From positions 74,167 to 126,268 of the forward strand of contig JAITQO010000016.1 in NCBI GenBank assembly GCA_031288835.1: a stretch of DNA of 52,102 bases, written 5' to 3'. Shown here piece by piece: positions 23,661-33,295 of this stretch. Source of the stretch: Rickettsiales bacterium. GTDB lineage: Bacteria > Pseudomonadota > Alphaproteobacteria > Rs-D84. Made by a program: the position numbers and the translations under genes. The notes beneath the pieces are model-generated. The model was not told the origin of the DNA. It searched no databases and worked only from the letters and a program-made list of their open reading frames with translations. Every line of letters starts with the position of its first letter. Positions within the stretch are counted from its first letter, which is position 1.

Positions 23661-24627
23661 ATTCGGTCCTTTTGTTTATGAACGCCTGCAATTTTGGAAT
23701 GATGTCGACCACCGCCTGCGCCAGCGTCCCCTCCATTTCGAACCCCGCCGCCATCAGATGCCCGCCGCCGCCGAATCCCGCAACAAAGCCGTTTATGGGC
23801 TTCGTCTTGCTGCGTATGCCGACCAGGATTTTCCCATCGTCCACTTCCTTGAACGTCGCGGACGCCTCGACATCCTTGACGGACAAGATTTGCTGGTGCA
23901 GCCAGGCGGTCTCGCGGTGCGGCCGGTCTCCGTCGTTTGTTTTTTTAACGCTGAACGCGACGTACCCGATTCTGCCGTCGTCGGTGAACAGCGCGCGCGA
24001 AAGGGTTTCGATGTTGTTCCGGAACGTCTCCCTTGCCTTTTGCCCGATTTTGCGCACGATGTCGGCGTGGTTCAGTTTTCCTTCCTCCATAATGCGCGCC
24101 GCCTGCCGCATCGTGTTCGGCGACGTGTAGTCGAAGGTGAACCCGCCTGTGTCGGTATAGATGCCGGCATACAGGAATTCGGCGATTTTCGGCGTGATTT
24201 TCCATCCGTTTTCTTCGGCGATTCCGGCGATGATTTCCGCCGTGGCCCCGGCGGCCGCGATTATGTTCGCGTCGGCGTTTTCCGCGCTGTTTATATGGTG
24301 GTCTATTTTTATCTTCCGCTTCGCGTTTTTGAAAACCGCGCGCGCTTCGTCGTCGAGTTGTCTGTCGTCGTCGGCGACGTCCACCAGAATCGCAAGGTCG
24401 AAAACGCAGCCCTTTATCCCCTCCGCTTTTTTCAGCCACCAGCCGTTGGACATAAAGCGCAGATTGTCGGGAATGACCCCTTCGAACGCCAAGACCGGCT
24501 CTTTGCCGAACTCGTTCTTGCAGAAATGCCCCATGGCGAGCATCGAGCCCAAGGCGTCGCCGTCAAGGTTTTTGTGCCCCATAATCACTATGCTGCCCGC
24601 GTTTCTTATTTCGTCATTGTTTAACAT
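23653..24627 (-). CDS. nrnA: DHH/DHHA1 phosphoesterase (NrnA-like oligoribonuclease / pAp phosphatase)
   Basis: HKNLDGDALGS, IKIDHH and GGGGHLMAAGF motifs. Start at MLNNDEIR (ORF extends to 24660). Confidence 0.85.
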   Translation of the reverse strand: MLNNDEIRNAGSIVIMGHKNLDGDALGSMLAMGHFCKNEFGKEPVLAFEGVIPDNLRFMSNGWWLKKAEGIKGCVFDLAILVDVADDDRQLDDEARAVFKNAKRKIKIDHHINSAENADANIIAAAGATAEIIAGIAEENGWKITPKIAEFLYAGIYTDTGGFTFDYTSPNTMRQAARIMEEGKLNHADIVRKIGQKARETFRNNIETLSRALFTDDGRIGYVAFSVKKTNDGDRPHRETAWLHQQILSVKDVEASATFKEVDDGKILVGIRSKTKPINGFVAGFGGGGHLMAAGFEMEGTLAQAVVDIIPKLQAFINKRTEYD

Positions 24628-25507
24628 ACGCCAACCCCTGCTCGCTGTAATGCTCCGCATTGTTTTCCCAGTCCTCTACGCGGACGAAAAGTTTCAGCCG
24701 CGCGTTGACGCCCCATTCATCCTGAATCTCGCGGCGCGCCAGCGTTCCGATTTTCTTCAATTGTTCGCCCCCCCTGCCGATGATTATTTTTTTATGCCCG
24801 TCGGTTTTCACGTAAATCGTCTGCGCGATTTCGACGACTCCCTCTCCATCGGTTTCCATTTTGTCCGTGGATACGTGGATGTGATACGGCAGTTCCTGGT
24901 GGATGAACCTGTAAATCTTCTCGCGGGTTATCTCCGCCAGCCACAGGGCGTCCGGAACGCCGACCGAATCCTTCGGGTCGAACAGATACGGCGATTCCGG
25001 CATCGCCTTCGCCAGCGCGTCCAGCATTTCCCCGATACCTTTGTTTTTCAGCGCGGAAATCATGAAGATTTCTTGAAACACCCCGAAGTCCGACAATTCT
25101 TTCGCCAAAGGCAGCAGGTGTTCCTTTTTGACCGCGTCGACTTTGTTGATTGCGGCGAATATGTTTTTTCCATTCAGTTTTTTGACGATTTCGGAAATCG
25201 TTCCGGTGATTCCGTGATTCGCGTCAATCAGCAAAAGAACCGCGTCGGCGTCCGCGAGCGAATCGAGCGCGCTTTTTACCATCGCGCGGTCAAGCGTCCT
25301 CGCCGGCCTGAAAATCCCGGGCGTGTCGACAAGAATCAGCTGGGCGTCGCCAATCATCTTCACGGCGCGGAGCTGCGTCCGCGTGGTCTGAACCTTGTGC
25401 GAAACGATTGAGACCTTGCGCCCCATGATTGCGTTCAGGAGCGCGGATTTCCCCGCGTTCGTGGGGCCTATAATCGCGACGAAACCGGACAGGGTCTTTT
25501 TTTCCAT
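24614..25507 (-). CDS. era: GTPase Era
   Basis: GFVAIIGPTNAGKSALLN (G1), DTPG, NKVD and a KH domain. Start at MEKKTLSG (25507). Confidence 0.92.
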   Translation of the reverse strand: MEKKTLSGFVAIIGPTNAGKSALLNAIMGRKVSIVSHKVQTTRTQLRAVKMIGDAQLILVDTPGIFRPARTLDRAMVKSALDSLADADAVLLLIDANHGITGTISEIVKKLNGKNIFAAINKVDAVKKEHLLPLAKELSDFGVFQEIFMISALKNKGIGEMLDALAKAMPESPYLFDPKDSVGVPDALWLAEITREKIYRFIHQELPYHIHVSTDKMETDGEGVVEIAQTIYVKTDGHKKIIIGRGGEQLKKIGTLARREIQDEWGVNARLKLFVRVEDWENNAEHYSEQGLAYVKQ

Positions 25508-25548
25508 GTGCCGGGGCAGTCTAGCATCAATCAATCGGTTTTTCAAGA

Positions 25549-25715
25549 CTTTATTCGGCAATTATATGGATGGCCGCGCAAGAAATCAAAACGCCATATC
25601 TAACCGCTAGTATCTCGCGTATATTTATAAAGAACAACGAAAATACGCATTTTTCAAGATTGCAATGGAAAATACATCAACGCAACTTGCAAATATAGTA
25701 ACGTCAGATAAAAAT
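25549..25715. repeat. About 170-nt intergenic module, copy A (inverted relative to 36511-36684)
   Basis: The reverse complement aligns with 36511-36684 over CTGACGTTACTATA, TTGATGTATTTTCCATTRCAATCTTGAAAA, TAGCGG and the promoter-like CNTATAATTGCCGAA. A partial third copy lies at 26871-26918. Confidence 0.7.
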
Positions 25716-25767
25716 CAAAATAAAATCCACCCAATAATTACGGGCTGTTTTTATCCAAAAAATAGAT

Positions 25768-25795
25768 TTGACAAATATATAAACTGTGTTACGAT
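25768..25795 (+). promoter_or_regulatory. Sigma-70-like promoter TTGACA-16-TACGAT
   Basis: TTGACA (25768-25773), a 16-nt spacer, then TACGAT. GGAGG SD 8 nt before the ATG at 25824. Confidence 0.5.
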
Positions 25796-25823
25796 ATGCG
25801 CGCACAGCAATGGAGGCATCAAA

Positions 25824-26693
25824 ATGGCAATAATCAAAAAGACTCCTTTCGGGCAGAGACAGAAGGAAATCTTTCGTTTGCAAGACGAAGTAAAAGCTTT
25901 GAGGGCACAGCTTGCGCAAAAGAACATTAAATCTGACGAGATGGCCGAACAATTCGGCGAAAGGATGCAGCGATGCGATGAAGAATGCGCGGCAGAGGTT
26001 TTTGCGCATGAAGAAAGGGCAAAACAGGAATCCGCGCGCGAGTTCCGTTTCAACCAGCTTTCGAACACCATCAAAAAACATTTGCAAGACGGACAGTATT
26101 TTGAAGTTAAAAGCGGAATGGAAATCAGCCTTGGCAAAGACGCCGGATTCCGCAAAGTGTTCTTCAGAGGCAGTACTCCCGACGAATTGTGGGATTGGAG
26201 AAACAGCACATGGAAACCGGACGCCGAAAAGAAAGAGGCCGACCCGCTGATGTGGGATTTTTCCAGCAAGGGAGCGTTTGGCGAAAGCGGATTGAAATAT
26301 GGGGAAACGCTCGACGAAGTCCTTAACGTTAAAAACGAGAATGAAACATTGATTGTGTTTTATGACGGAGCGCATTGTTTCCTGGTCAGAGCCCGCACGG
26401 AAGCTGAAAAAGCCAAAGCCCGCGACATAGTGAAAGACCTCCGCGAGCACGGAAGATTTTCGAGCTCGCTTCTGGAGGCATGTTCGTACGGTCTCATACT
26501 TCTCAACGATTCGAGATTCGACGGGCAAAAAATCGGCGACCTTAGTGGAGTCATCGACGATGTGCCAAACAACGGAGTTATGGACCCTGAGGAAAACGAT
26601 AAGCTTGATTTGATGATGAGGCGTGGAAAGAATTTCGCGGATAATAATAAAAACTTCGCCATGCTGATGGCGGCGGGCCAGATTGTCAGATAA
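25824..26693 (+). CDS. Hypothetical protein
   Basis: Start at MAIIKKTPFG with a good SD (track ORF begins at 25665). N-terminal coiled-coil. No recognised family. The long antisense ORF 25704..26726 was rejected. Confidence 0.6.
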   Translation: MAIIKKTPFGQRQKEIFRLQDEVKALRAQLAQKNIKSDEMAEQFGERMQRCDEECAAEVFAHEERAKQESAREFRFNQLSNTIKKHLQDGQYFEVKSGMEISLGKDAGFRKVFFRGSTPDELWDWRNSTWKPDAEKKEADPLMWDFSSKGAFGESGLKYGETLDEVLNVKNENETLIVFYDGAHCFLVRARTEAEKAKARDIVKDLREHGRFSSSLLEACSYGLILLNDSRFDGQKIGDLSGVIDDVPNNGVMDPEENDKLDLMMRRGKNFADNNKNFAMLMAAGQIVR

Positions 26694-26747
26694 CAGATTC
26701 GATAGATAGCGAAAAGTTCGAATCATTCTTTGACAATCATGCCCAAG

Positions 26748-26772
26748 AACCCGCCTATCCCGGCGGGTTTTC
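26748..26772 (+). terminator. Intrinsic terminator
   Basis: AACCCGCC-loop-GGCGGGTT followed by TTTCG. Confidence 0.5.
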
Positions 26773-26923
26773 GATTAACATTACAGACCGAGCATTTACA
26801 TTATAGTTTGGTAGATTACAGCCATATTCTTACGGGCTTCCGCGACTTTTGCTAAAAACATGCGGATTGCTGGCGGCTAGATGTCGTTTTAGATGTTTGC
26901 GTAAATCGTATAATTGCCCTTTA

Positions 26924-28579
26924 TTATCTGTCTTTGATATACTTTTCCGTCATCTCCGCGATTTTGTCGCTGTCAATCCGCTCGAACAGATTGTCCGGAA
27001 CGGAAAAGGATTCTCCGTCCGCGACGCGGCGCGCGTATTTTTCCGGCCATGACAAATCACGCTTTGCTTCAAAAATCGCCAGGATTTTTTCCGCGGTCGC
27101 CGGAATGAACGGCGCCGAAACCCGCGCGTAAAAGTCAATCAGTTGAAAGCATTCGTTCAAAACCGCGCCCGCCGCGCCCGTTTCGCCGTTTTTGACCAAA
27201 TCCCACGGCGCCTTTTCGCTCATATATTCGTTGCCGAGCGCCCACATTCCGCGCAGCGCCTCGACCGCCTTTCTGAACTCGCATTCGTCCAGCGCGCCCG
27301 TCAATTCGGCAAGTTTTTCATTCATCGCCTTTTCCAATCCATTGTCTTCCGCCCCTTGTCCCTTCGGAACGGCGGCCCCGAAACTCTTTTCCGTTATTTT
27401 GGTCACGCGCGAGACGAAGTTCCCGAGCATTCCGTTCAGGTCTTTGTTCACGACGTCGGCGAACCGCTGGATCTTAAAGTCCGTGTCGTCGGTCTCCGGT
27501 GCGGACGCGATCACGGCATAGCGCCACGCGTCCGCCGGCGCGTCGTCCAGCGCCTGGTCCAAAAATATTCCGCGGTTCTCGGATTTGGAGAATTTGCCGC
27601 CTTCGAAGTTCAGAAACGCCATGGATTTCAGCATGTCGACGGTTTTCCAATTATCGTTCATCGCCAATTCCTGTTCCGGGAAAAATACCGAATGAAACTT
27701 CACGTTATCCTTGGCCATGAACTGCGCGTAGTGGCAATCGGGATTCTTCCACCAATCGGCCCAGTTCGGATTCGCCGCCTGAGAAATGGAAACGTATCCC
27801 CACGGCGCGTCGAACCAGACGTAGAAAACCTTGTTTTCGTATCCCGGCTTGTTCACCGGAATACCCCACGGCAGGTCGCGCGTGATGGACGTGTCGCGCA
27901 ATCCCTCGTTCGCCCAGCCGCGCGCGATGTCGCGCGCGTATTTTGACCAATGCGGGGCGTGGGCGGCCAGCCATTCCTTCCATTCTACTTCGATTTTCGA
28001 GGCCAGGAAGAACAGATTTTTCGTCGGCCTCATCTCGACCGCGCCGCCGGACAGGGCGGAGCGCGGATTGATTAATTCTTCCACCTCGAACGCGGCGCCG
28101 CATTTCGGGCATTCGTTGCCGGCCGCGTTTTCGTATCCGCATTTCGGGCACGTGCCGCGCACATACGCGTCCGCCAAAAACATTCCGTCGTCGACGCCGT
28201 ATGGCTGGATTGTCTCGCGCTCCTCGATTAGTCCGTTTTCGTCTAGTTTCGAGAAAATCCCATGCATCAGTTTTTCATGAGCCGGCGTGTGCGTCCGGCC
28301 GTAGTAATCGAACGACATATTGAAATCGGCGACGTATTTCTTTTGTTTTTCAAACCACTTGTCGTTGTATTCCAATACCGGCATACCCGCCTTTTTCGCG
28401 GCAATCAGCGACTTCGTTCCGTGTTCGTCGGCGCCGCATACGAACAGAACGTCGTCGCCGCGGGCGCGGCAGAACCGCGCGTAGATATCGCTTGGCGCCA
28501 GGTGTCCGACCAGGTTTCCGATGTGCAGGTCTCCGTCGACATAGGGCAGGGCGGATGTTATCAAAATTTTCTTCGGCAT
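26924..28579 (-). CDS. metG: Methionine--tRNA ligase
   Basis: ALPYVDGDLHIGN (HIGH), KFSKS (KMSKS), and CPKCG...CPKCG zinc knuckles. Confidence 0.95.
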   Translation of the reverse strand: MPKKILITSALPYVDGDLHIGNLVGHLAPSDIYARFCRARGDDVLFVCGADEHGTKSLIAAKKAGMPVLEYNDKWFEKQKKYVADFNMSFDYYGRTHTPAHEKLMHGIFSKLDENGLIEERETIQPYGVDDGMFLADAYVRGTCPKCGYENAAGNECPKCGAAFEVEELINPRSALSGGAVEMRPTKNLFFLASKIEVEWKEWLAAHAPHWSKYARDIARGWANEGLRDTSITRDLPWGIPVNKPGYENKVFYVWFDAPWGYVSISQAANPNWADWWKNPDCHYAQFMAKDNVKFHSVFFPEQELAMNDNWKTVDMLKSMAFLNFEGGKFSKSENRGIFLDQALDDAPADAWRYAVIASAPETDDTDFKIQRFADVVNKDLNGMLGNFVSRVTKITEKSFGAAVPKGQGAEDNGLEKAMNEKLAELTGALDECEFRKAVEALRGMWALGNEYMSEKAPWDLVKNGETGAAGAVLNECFQLIDFYARVSAPFIPATAEKILAIFEAKRDLSWPEKYARRVADGESFSVPDNLFERIDSDKIAEMTEKYIKDR

Positions 28580-28708
28580 GTTTTATCCTTTAGATTAGGA
28601 GTTATAGTTTTTTAATTATGAATTTTGTAAATCGTTGATTGCGAATAGAAGGTCATGCGCTGACGCGCATCATTCGGGAATATTCGAAACGCGAATTCTT
28701 TCTTGTCA

Positions 28709-29023
28709 TTATTTTACGAATTTCACGGCGGTTCCGTAGACTATGACCTCGGCCGCGCCCTGCATAATCGCGCTGGTGGAATAGCGGATGTTGATGATGG
28801 CGTCGGCGCCCAGCTTCGTCGCCTCCTCGGCCATGCGTTTCGTGGCGGTCGCGCGCGCCTCGTCCATCATTTTGTTGTATCCGCGCAATTCGCCGCCAAT
28901 CATGTGCTTGAATCCTTGGGCTATATCCACGAACAAGTTCTTTGTCTTGACCATCGTTCCCTTCACGATGGAAAGGGTTTCCAGTTTTTTTCCGGAAATG
29001 AAATCAGTATTCACCAGTATCAT
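28709..29023 (-). CDS. YbjQ/UPF0145 family protein
   Basis: 104 aa. IVKGTMVKTKN...GGELRGY...EARATATKRMAEEATKLGADAIINIRY is characteristic of this family. Confidence 0.85.
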   Translation of the reverse strand: MILVNTDFISGKKLETLSIVKGTMVKTKNLFVDIAQGFKHMIGGELRGYNKMMDEARATATKRMAEEATKLGADAIINIRYSTSAIMQGAAEVIVYGTAVKFVK

Positions 29024-29252
29024 CGTCGTCTCCTTTTGTTATTTCCCGAATGCGCTGAGCCACGGCCCATATCAGCCACAGGAACACGCAAATATTTAGT
29101 ATCCGGAGCGACCATGTCAGCCATTCCTCGGCGAAACGTCGGTCTGCGAATCCGAACGGCCACAGGAACATTGCGAACCACGCGAGCGCGAACAATCCCG
29201 TGGCGACGGTTCCGATTATAGCCGATGAAGAAATCTTTTTTTTGTTTTTCAT
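29004..29252 (-). CDS. Small membrane protein
   Basis: 82 aa with two predicted TM helices. Overlaps the ybjQ-like start by 20 nt. Confidence 0.5.
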   Translation of the reverse strand: MKNKKKISSSAIIGTVATGLFALAWFAMFLWPFGFADRRFAEEWLTWSLRILNICVFLWLIWAVAQRIREITKGDDDDTGEY

Positions 29253-29263
29253 CGCGTCAAGCT

Positions 29264-29340
29264 TGGTGGGTGAAATTGGACTCGAACCAACGACCTTTAC
29301 GATGTCAACGTAACGCTCTAACCAGCTGAGCTATTCACCC
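29264..29340 (-). tRNA. tRNA-Val (anticodon GAC)
   Basis: Reverse strand acceptor GGGTGAA/TTCACCC, anticodon stem TTACG/CGTAA with loop TTGACAT, T arm GTTGG-TTCGAGT-CCAAT, CCA encoded. Confidence 0.88.
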
Positions 29341-29433
29341 GCGCACGGCCGAATTATAAACATTTTGCGGAAAAAGTAAAGTTTTTTATAAAGGGGCGAC
29401 TGGCCGCCGGGCGGCGGAGCGACGAAGTCGGCG

Positions 29434-29763
29434 TCATTTCGTCGGGCCGCCGCGAATCGCGCCGCGCCGCGCCAGCCTGTGCTCGACGTAACTTTCTATC
29501 AGATGCGATTCCGGGTGCTTGTTCGTCCCTATTCCTTCGAGGTCCAGCAGGTTTTTTATGGATGCTTTTATATCCTCGCGCAGGTCGGCGCCCGCCTTCG
29601 CGACGCCGGCCTTGGATTCCAGCACCCTGCTTTCTATCAGGTCTAGATAATCCTCCATGGCGTCGTCATTGGACTGAATCGCCAAAAACACGTCGTCGAC
29701 GATATTCTTGATGATGTATCTGTTTACTATTTTTCTTGCGAATTCATCGGTATCTTTTGCCAT
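29434..29763 (-). CDS. Hypothetical protein
   Basis: 109 aa, no signal peptide. AAAGGTGGAAA SD region. Preceded by leader-like element L6. Confidence 0.55.
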   Translation of the reverse strand: MAKDTDEFARKIVNRYIIKNIVDDVFLAIQSNDDAMEDYLDLIESRVLESKAGVAKAGADLREDIKASIKNLLDLEGIGTNKHPESHLIESYVEHRLARRGAIRGGPTK

Positions 29764-29946
29764 TTTGTTTCCACCTTTTGGTTGTTTGTTATGTGTCCTA
29801 AAAAGGCGGCGGGATTTTGAAACAATCGTAGTCGAACGACCCCGCCGTATAACCGGCGCAATCCCGCCACTGCGGGATAGTATTGTCTGCGCCTATCCGT
29901 GCGCATCGACCACGAGATGTTTCAAGTCTCGGTTCCTTTCGGATAC
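29764..29946 (-). promoter_or_regulatory. Leader-like element L6 (divergent relative of L1-L5)
   Basis: Reverse strand: TATGAT box. Long-range TATCCG...CGGATA pairing. GACAATACTATCCCGC-AGTG-GCGGGAT P1 (29861-29878). Hairpin GCGCCG-GTTATA-CGGCG. GATTGTTTCAAAATCCCGCCGCC repeats the P1 5' arm and is followed by T5 (29800-29815). Confidence 0.45.
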
Positions 29947-30085
29947 GCGTTAATCATAACACGCGGCGAAGCGAAAGTGAAATGAAAAATTAGGGGAAAG
30001 GGACGAGAGACAAGGGATGGGGAAAGCGACAGAACAGAGTGACGCAGTGACGAAGTGACAAAGTTTGAGTCATTCTTTCCTACCT

Positions 30086-30522
30086 CTTTCTCCTTGCCAT
30101 TCCGCCACTTTTTATACTTGTCATTCCCGCCTGTCTCCTTGTCATTCCCGCCCCCGCCTCCTTGTCATTCCCGCGAAGGCGGGAATAGGGTCTTTTAACC
30201 TGCACGCAAAAACTTTGTTCGAGCAATGGAAGAATGCATAAGCAATTAAAATGCGCAAGCATGCGGCAAGGTGCGCTTGTTCCCTGCACATTGTTGTCTG
30301 CTTTACTATTATTCGTTCTTCGTTATCTGTTCTATAAAATAAAAGATGGTTCGCTTCGCTCACGGTTTATAGACCCTATTCCCGCCTTCGTGGGAATGAC
30401 AAACCATTCGGGTTTGTTTTGGTTTTCGTTTCCGCTCCTTTCCCCTTGTTATTCCCGCCGGAGTTTACCCCCGCGAAGGCGGGGGCGGGAATGATAAGTG
30501 CAAAGAGTGGCGGAATGACAAA
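30086..30522. mobile_element. MITE-like repeat, copy B (composite, with triple tandem CCTTGTCATTCCCGCC)
   Basis: Shares the GTCATTCCCGCGAAGGCGGGAATAGGGTC ... GACCCTATTCCCGCC core with copy A. Terminal modules CCACTTTTTATACTTGTCATTCCCGC (left) and GCGGGAATGATAAGTGCAAAGAGTGG (right) are inverted. Three tandem about 21-nt units lie at 30117-30174. Confidence 0.7.
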
Positions 30523-30580
30523 ATCGCTTTGTTTTTTTGTTTCGGAGGGCGGATACGGGTCCCCGGGTGTCGAGCCTGTT

Positions 30581-32662
30581 CTATTCCCCAAGGAAACTGC
30601 GCAGTTTCCGCGCGCGCGTCGGGTGCTTTAATTTCATCAGCGCTTTCTGCTCGATTTGCCTCACGCGCTCGCGCGTGACGCCCAGGTATTTTCCGACGTC
30701 CTCCAGCGTGCACGGCTGGTTCGTCGACATTCCGAACCGCATCCTGATGACAGTCTCCTCCTTCGGGTCCAGACCGTCCAGCGTTTGCGATACTATTTTA
30801 CGAAGGTTCTTTTGCGCCGCCGCGATGAACGGATTCATGGCCGTTTCGTCCGCGATTATTTCTATGCGCGACGAATCATCCTCGGTCCCGACGGGCGCCT
30901 CCAGCGAAATCGGCTTCAAGTTCACTTTCATCGCCTTGTGGATTTTGTCCACGGGCAGGCCGATTAGCTTCGACAGTTCCTCCGCCGTCGGCGGGCGCCC
31001 GTTTTTGTGCACGAACTGCCTCGACGCCTTTTGGATTTTATGAATGTTGTCTATCATGTGCACGGGAATGCGGATTGTCCGCGCCTGGTCGGCGATGCTG
31101 CGGCTGATTCCCTGCTGTATCCAGTTCGTCGCGTATGTCGAGAACTTGTTGCCGAGCCGATAGTCGAACTTGTCCACCGCCTTCATCAGTCCGATGTTCC
31201 CGTCCTGAACCAAATCGGAAAAATCCAGCCCCAGCCCGCGGTTGCTGGATTTCTTCGCGAACTTTATGACCAGCCGCAGGTTCGCCTCTATCATCTCGCG
31301 CTTCGCCCGCGCCGATTCCGCCTGTCCGCGGCGCACCAGTTCCACCACCTTTTTATACTCGTTCGTCGGCTGCCCGGTCTCAATCGCGATGCGGAGAATC
31401 TCGGATTGTATTTTCTGGATGTCGTTCGCGTGCCTTTCGGCGAACTTCTGCCATGCCGATTCCTTTTTCCGGGATATGTTTCTGACCCAGTTTCTGTTCA
31501 GTTCGTTGCCGGAATATTCCCTTATAAAATCGTCGCGTTTGACCTTCATCGTGGTCGCGAGGCGCAGAAGTTTTCCCTCCAATCCCATCAGCAGCGCGTT
31601 CCGTGCCGTCAATTTCTCCAAAATCTCGCTGATTCTGTCGTCGTTCAGCCGGATTTGGTTCACGCATTCGTATAGTCTCAGTTTTTCGCGCGCGTATTCC
31701 TTTTCCAGCCGTTCGTCCAGTTTCGACGTTTTCATCAGGTTGTCGACGCGCGTCTGCTGCATTTTTTCCATCTTGGCGAAAATCTTTTTGATTTTTGCGA
31801 ACAGTTCCATGACCTGCGGCATCACCGCCTCCTCCATCACGGGAATCGGGACGCCGGAACTGCCGCGCGCGGGTTTTTCCGCCGCCGCCTCTTCCGCGTC
31901 TTCGGATTCGACGTCTTCTTCCTCCTCTTCCTCCGCGGCGTCTTCCAGAACCGCGTCGTCGAGGTCTTCGTCGTCCAGCGCGTCCACGTCCTCGACGCCC
32001 TTCGATTTCAGCGTGTCGACCAATTGCGCCAGCGACTTCTTTTCCGAATCTGACGAATACATGACCTCGAGATTAACGACATACCGCAGATGAACCTCTT
32101 CGTTCAGCAGCTGCTGATGCCATTCCAGCATCGCGCGGATTGTCATCGGAGATTCGCACAGCCCGTAAATCAAAAGCTTGTTCGCCGCTTCGATTCTCTG
32201 GGCAATCGCGATTTCCCCGGCCGCCGTCAGCAATTGCACCGTGCCGATTGATTTAAGATACGACTGCACCGAATCCTGAATTCCGAGCGCGATTGTCCCG
32301 ACGGACGAGCGCTCCAACTGCTTCGCGTAATGCTCGTCGAGTTCGTCGCCGACGTCCACCTGCTCGGCGTCCGAATCCAGCATTTTGCCTATATCGCGCC
32401 GTTCGGCCTCGCTTTCCTCGTCCGTAAATTGCTCGAGCCGTTTGTCGAACAGCGCCGCCTCCAGCACCTCCAGCCCCAAATCCTGCTGGAAAAAGGACAG
32501 GGTTTCGTCGTGCTCTTCGTCTGGGATTTCGTCCGCCGCCATCGCGTTCTCGAAATCCAATTGCGACAGGAAACCGTTCTCGCAGGCGGTGTTCGCCAAC
32601 GCGCGCAGGTTCTCCGGCAGCGAGTCCATCAGAAACTTTGTCGTTTCGTCGATTTTCTTCAA
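30581..32662 (-). CDS. rpoD: RNA polymerase primary sigma factor
   Basis: 693 aa with an acidic region-1 insert. [27 protein letters not shown] (region 2) and [19 protein letters not shown] (region 4.2). Confidence 0.95.
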   Translation of the reverse strand: MKKIDETTKFLMDSLPENLRALANTACENGFLSQLDFENAMAADEIPDEEHDETLSFFQQDLGLEVLEAALFDKRLEQFTDEESEAERRDIGKMLDSDAEQVDVGDELDEHYAKQLERSSVGTIALGIQDSVQSYLKSIGTVQLLTAAGEIAIAQRIEAANKLLIYGLCESPMTIRAMLEWHQQLLNEEVHLRYVVNLEVMYSSDSEKKSLAQLVDTLKSKGVEDVDALDDEDLDDAVLEDAAEEEEEEDVESEDAEEAAAEKPARGSSGVPIPVMEEAVMPQVMELFAKIKKIFAKMEKMQQTRVDNLMKTSKLDERLEKEYAREKLRLYECVNQIRLNDDRISEILEKLTARNALLMGLEGKLLRLATTMKVKRDDFIREYSGNELNRNWVRNISRKKESAWQKFAERHANDIQKIQSEILRIAIETGQPTNEYKKVVELVRRGQAESARAKREMIEANLRLVIKFAKKSSNRGLGLDFSDLVQDGNIGLMKAVDKFDYRLGNKFSTYATNWIQQGISRSIADQARTIRIPVHMIDNIHKIQKASRQFVHKNGRPPTAEELSKLIGLPVDKIHKAMKVNLKPISLEAPVGTEDDSSRIEIIADETAMNPFIAAAQKNLRKIVSQTLDGLDPKEETVIRMRFGMSTNQPCTLEDVGKYLGVTRERVRQIEQKALMKLKHPTRARKLRSFLGE

Positions 32663-32672
32663 GTTTTCCGCC

Positions 32673-33191
32673 TTATTTTTTTATTTTCGCCAATTGCTCC
32701 TGCAAGGCGGATTCCGTCGTCAGACCAAGAACGAGCGGGGATTGAATGTGAATTTCGTTATAATTCTTGTGCGTTCGGCCGCGGATTGACGCGACCGTCG
32801 GCCTGGTCGAGCGCATCAGTTTCGCCACCTGTCCGTCCGACAGGTCCGGGTAGTTTTTCACCAGCCACAACACGCCGCCAAGGCGGTTTTTGCGGTGCAT
32901 CATCGGAGTGTATCCGATGCCTTTTTTATCTTGGGATTTCTGAACCGCGACGACGTTTTCGTTCAGAATCAGGCGCTTCGCCGGGTCCGCTTCGCACTCC
33001 GCGATGCTTTCATGCGTCAGCTGTCCGGAAATTATCGGGTCCAGCCCCTGGATTTTATGCGTTTCGGCATCCGCGATTGATTTCACCTCCAATTCGTGCA
33101 GACCGCAGAAATCTGCGATTTGCTCGAATGTCAAAGATGTGTTTTCTATCAGCCACAGGGCGGTGGATTTCGGCATATACGGATAATTCAT
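32673..33191 (-). CDS. DUF1013 (TrcR-like) protein
   Basis: MPKSTALWLIENTSLTFEQIADFCGLHELEVKSIADAE matches the alphaproteobacterial DUF1013 N-terminus. Start at MNYPYMPK (33191). Confidence 0.8.
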   Translation of the reverse strand: MNYPYMPKSTALWLIENTSLTFEQIADFCGLHELEVKSIADAETHKIQGLDPIISGQLTHESIAECEADPAKRLILNENVVAVQKSQDKKGIGYTPMMHRKNRLGGVLWLVKNYPDLSDGQVAKLMRSTRPTVASIRGRTHKNYNEIHIQSPLVLGLTTESALQEQLAKIKK

Positions 33192-33295
33192 AGAAAGGCC
33201 CTTATTTAAGTTGGTGCCAAGAATATAGTGCATTTAAGTCTTGTTTTCAAGTGATTTTTTAGTTAATATCATAATAATTGGGAGAGGAGGGCGAT

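Noticed and set aside
20707-25411. Series of long + strand ORFs (20707..21921, 22053..23495, 23503..24624, 24161..25411).
   Set aside because: Each is antisense to tgt, queA, the DUF4349-like lipoprotein, nrnA or era. They show no motifs and have a biased R/F/H composition.
25704-26726. 340-aa reverse-strand ORF opposite the 25824..26693 hypothetical gene.
   Set aside because: The + strand gene has a TTGACA-16-TACGAT promoter, a GGAGG SD and a downstream terminator. The reverse ORF has none of these and overlaps the era-promoter repeat. Since neither has homology I can recognise, this call is less certain than the others.
30117-30174. Three tandem ~21-nt units CCTTGTCATTCCCGCC that superficially resemble a mini CRISPR array.
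   Set aside because: The units are contiguous with essentially no unique spacers. They are part of the MITE terminal module, and no cas genes are nearby.
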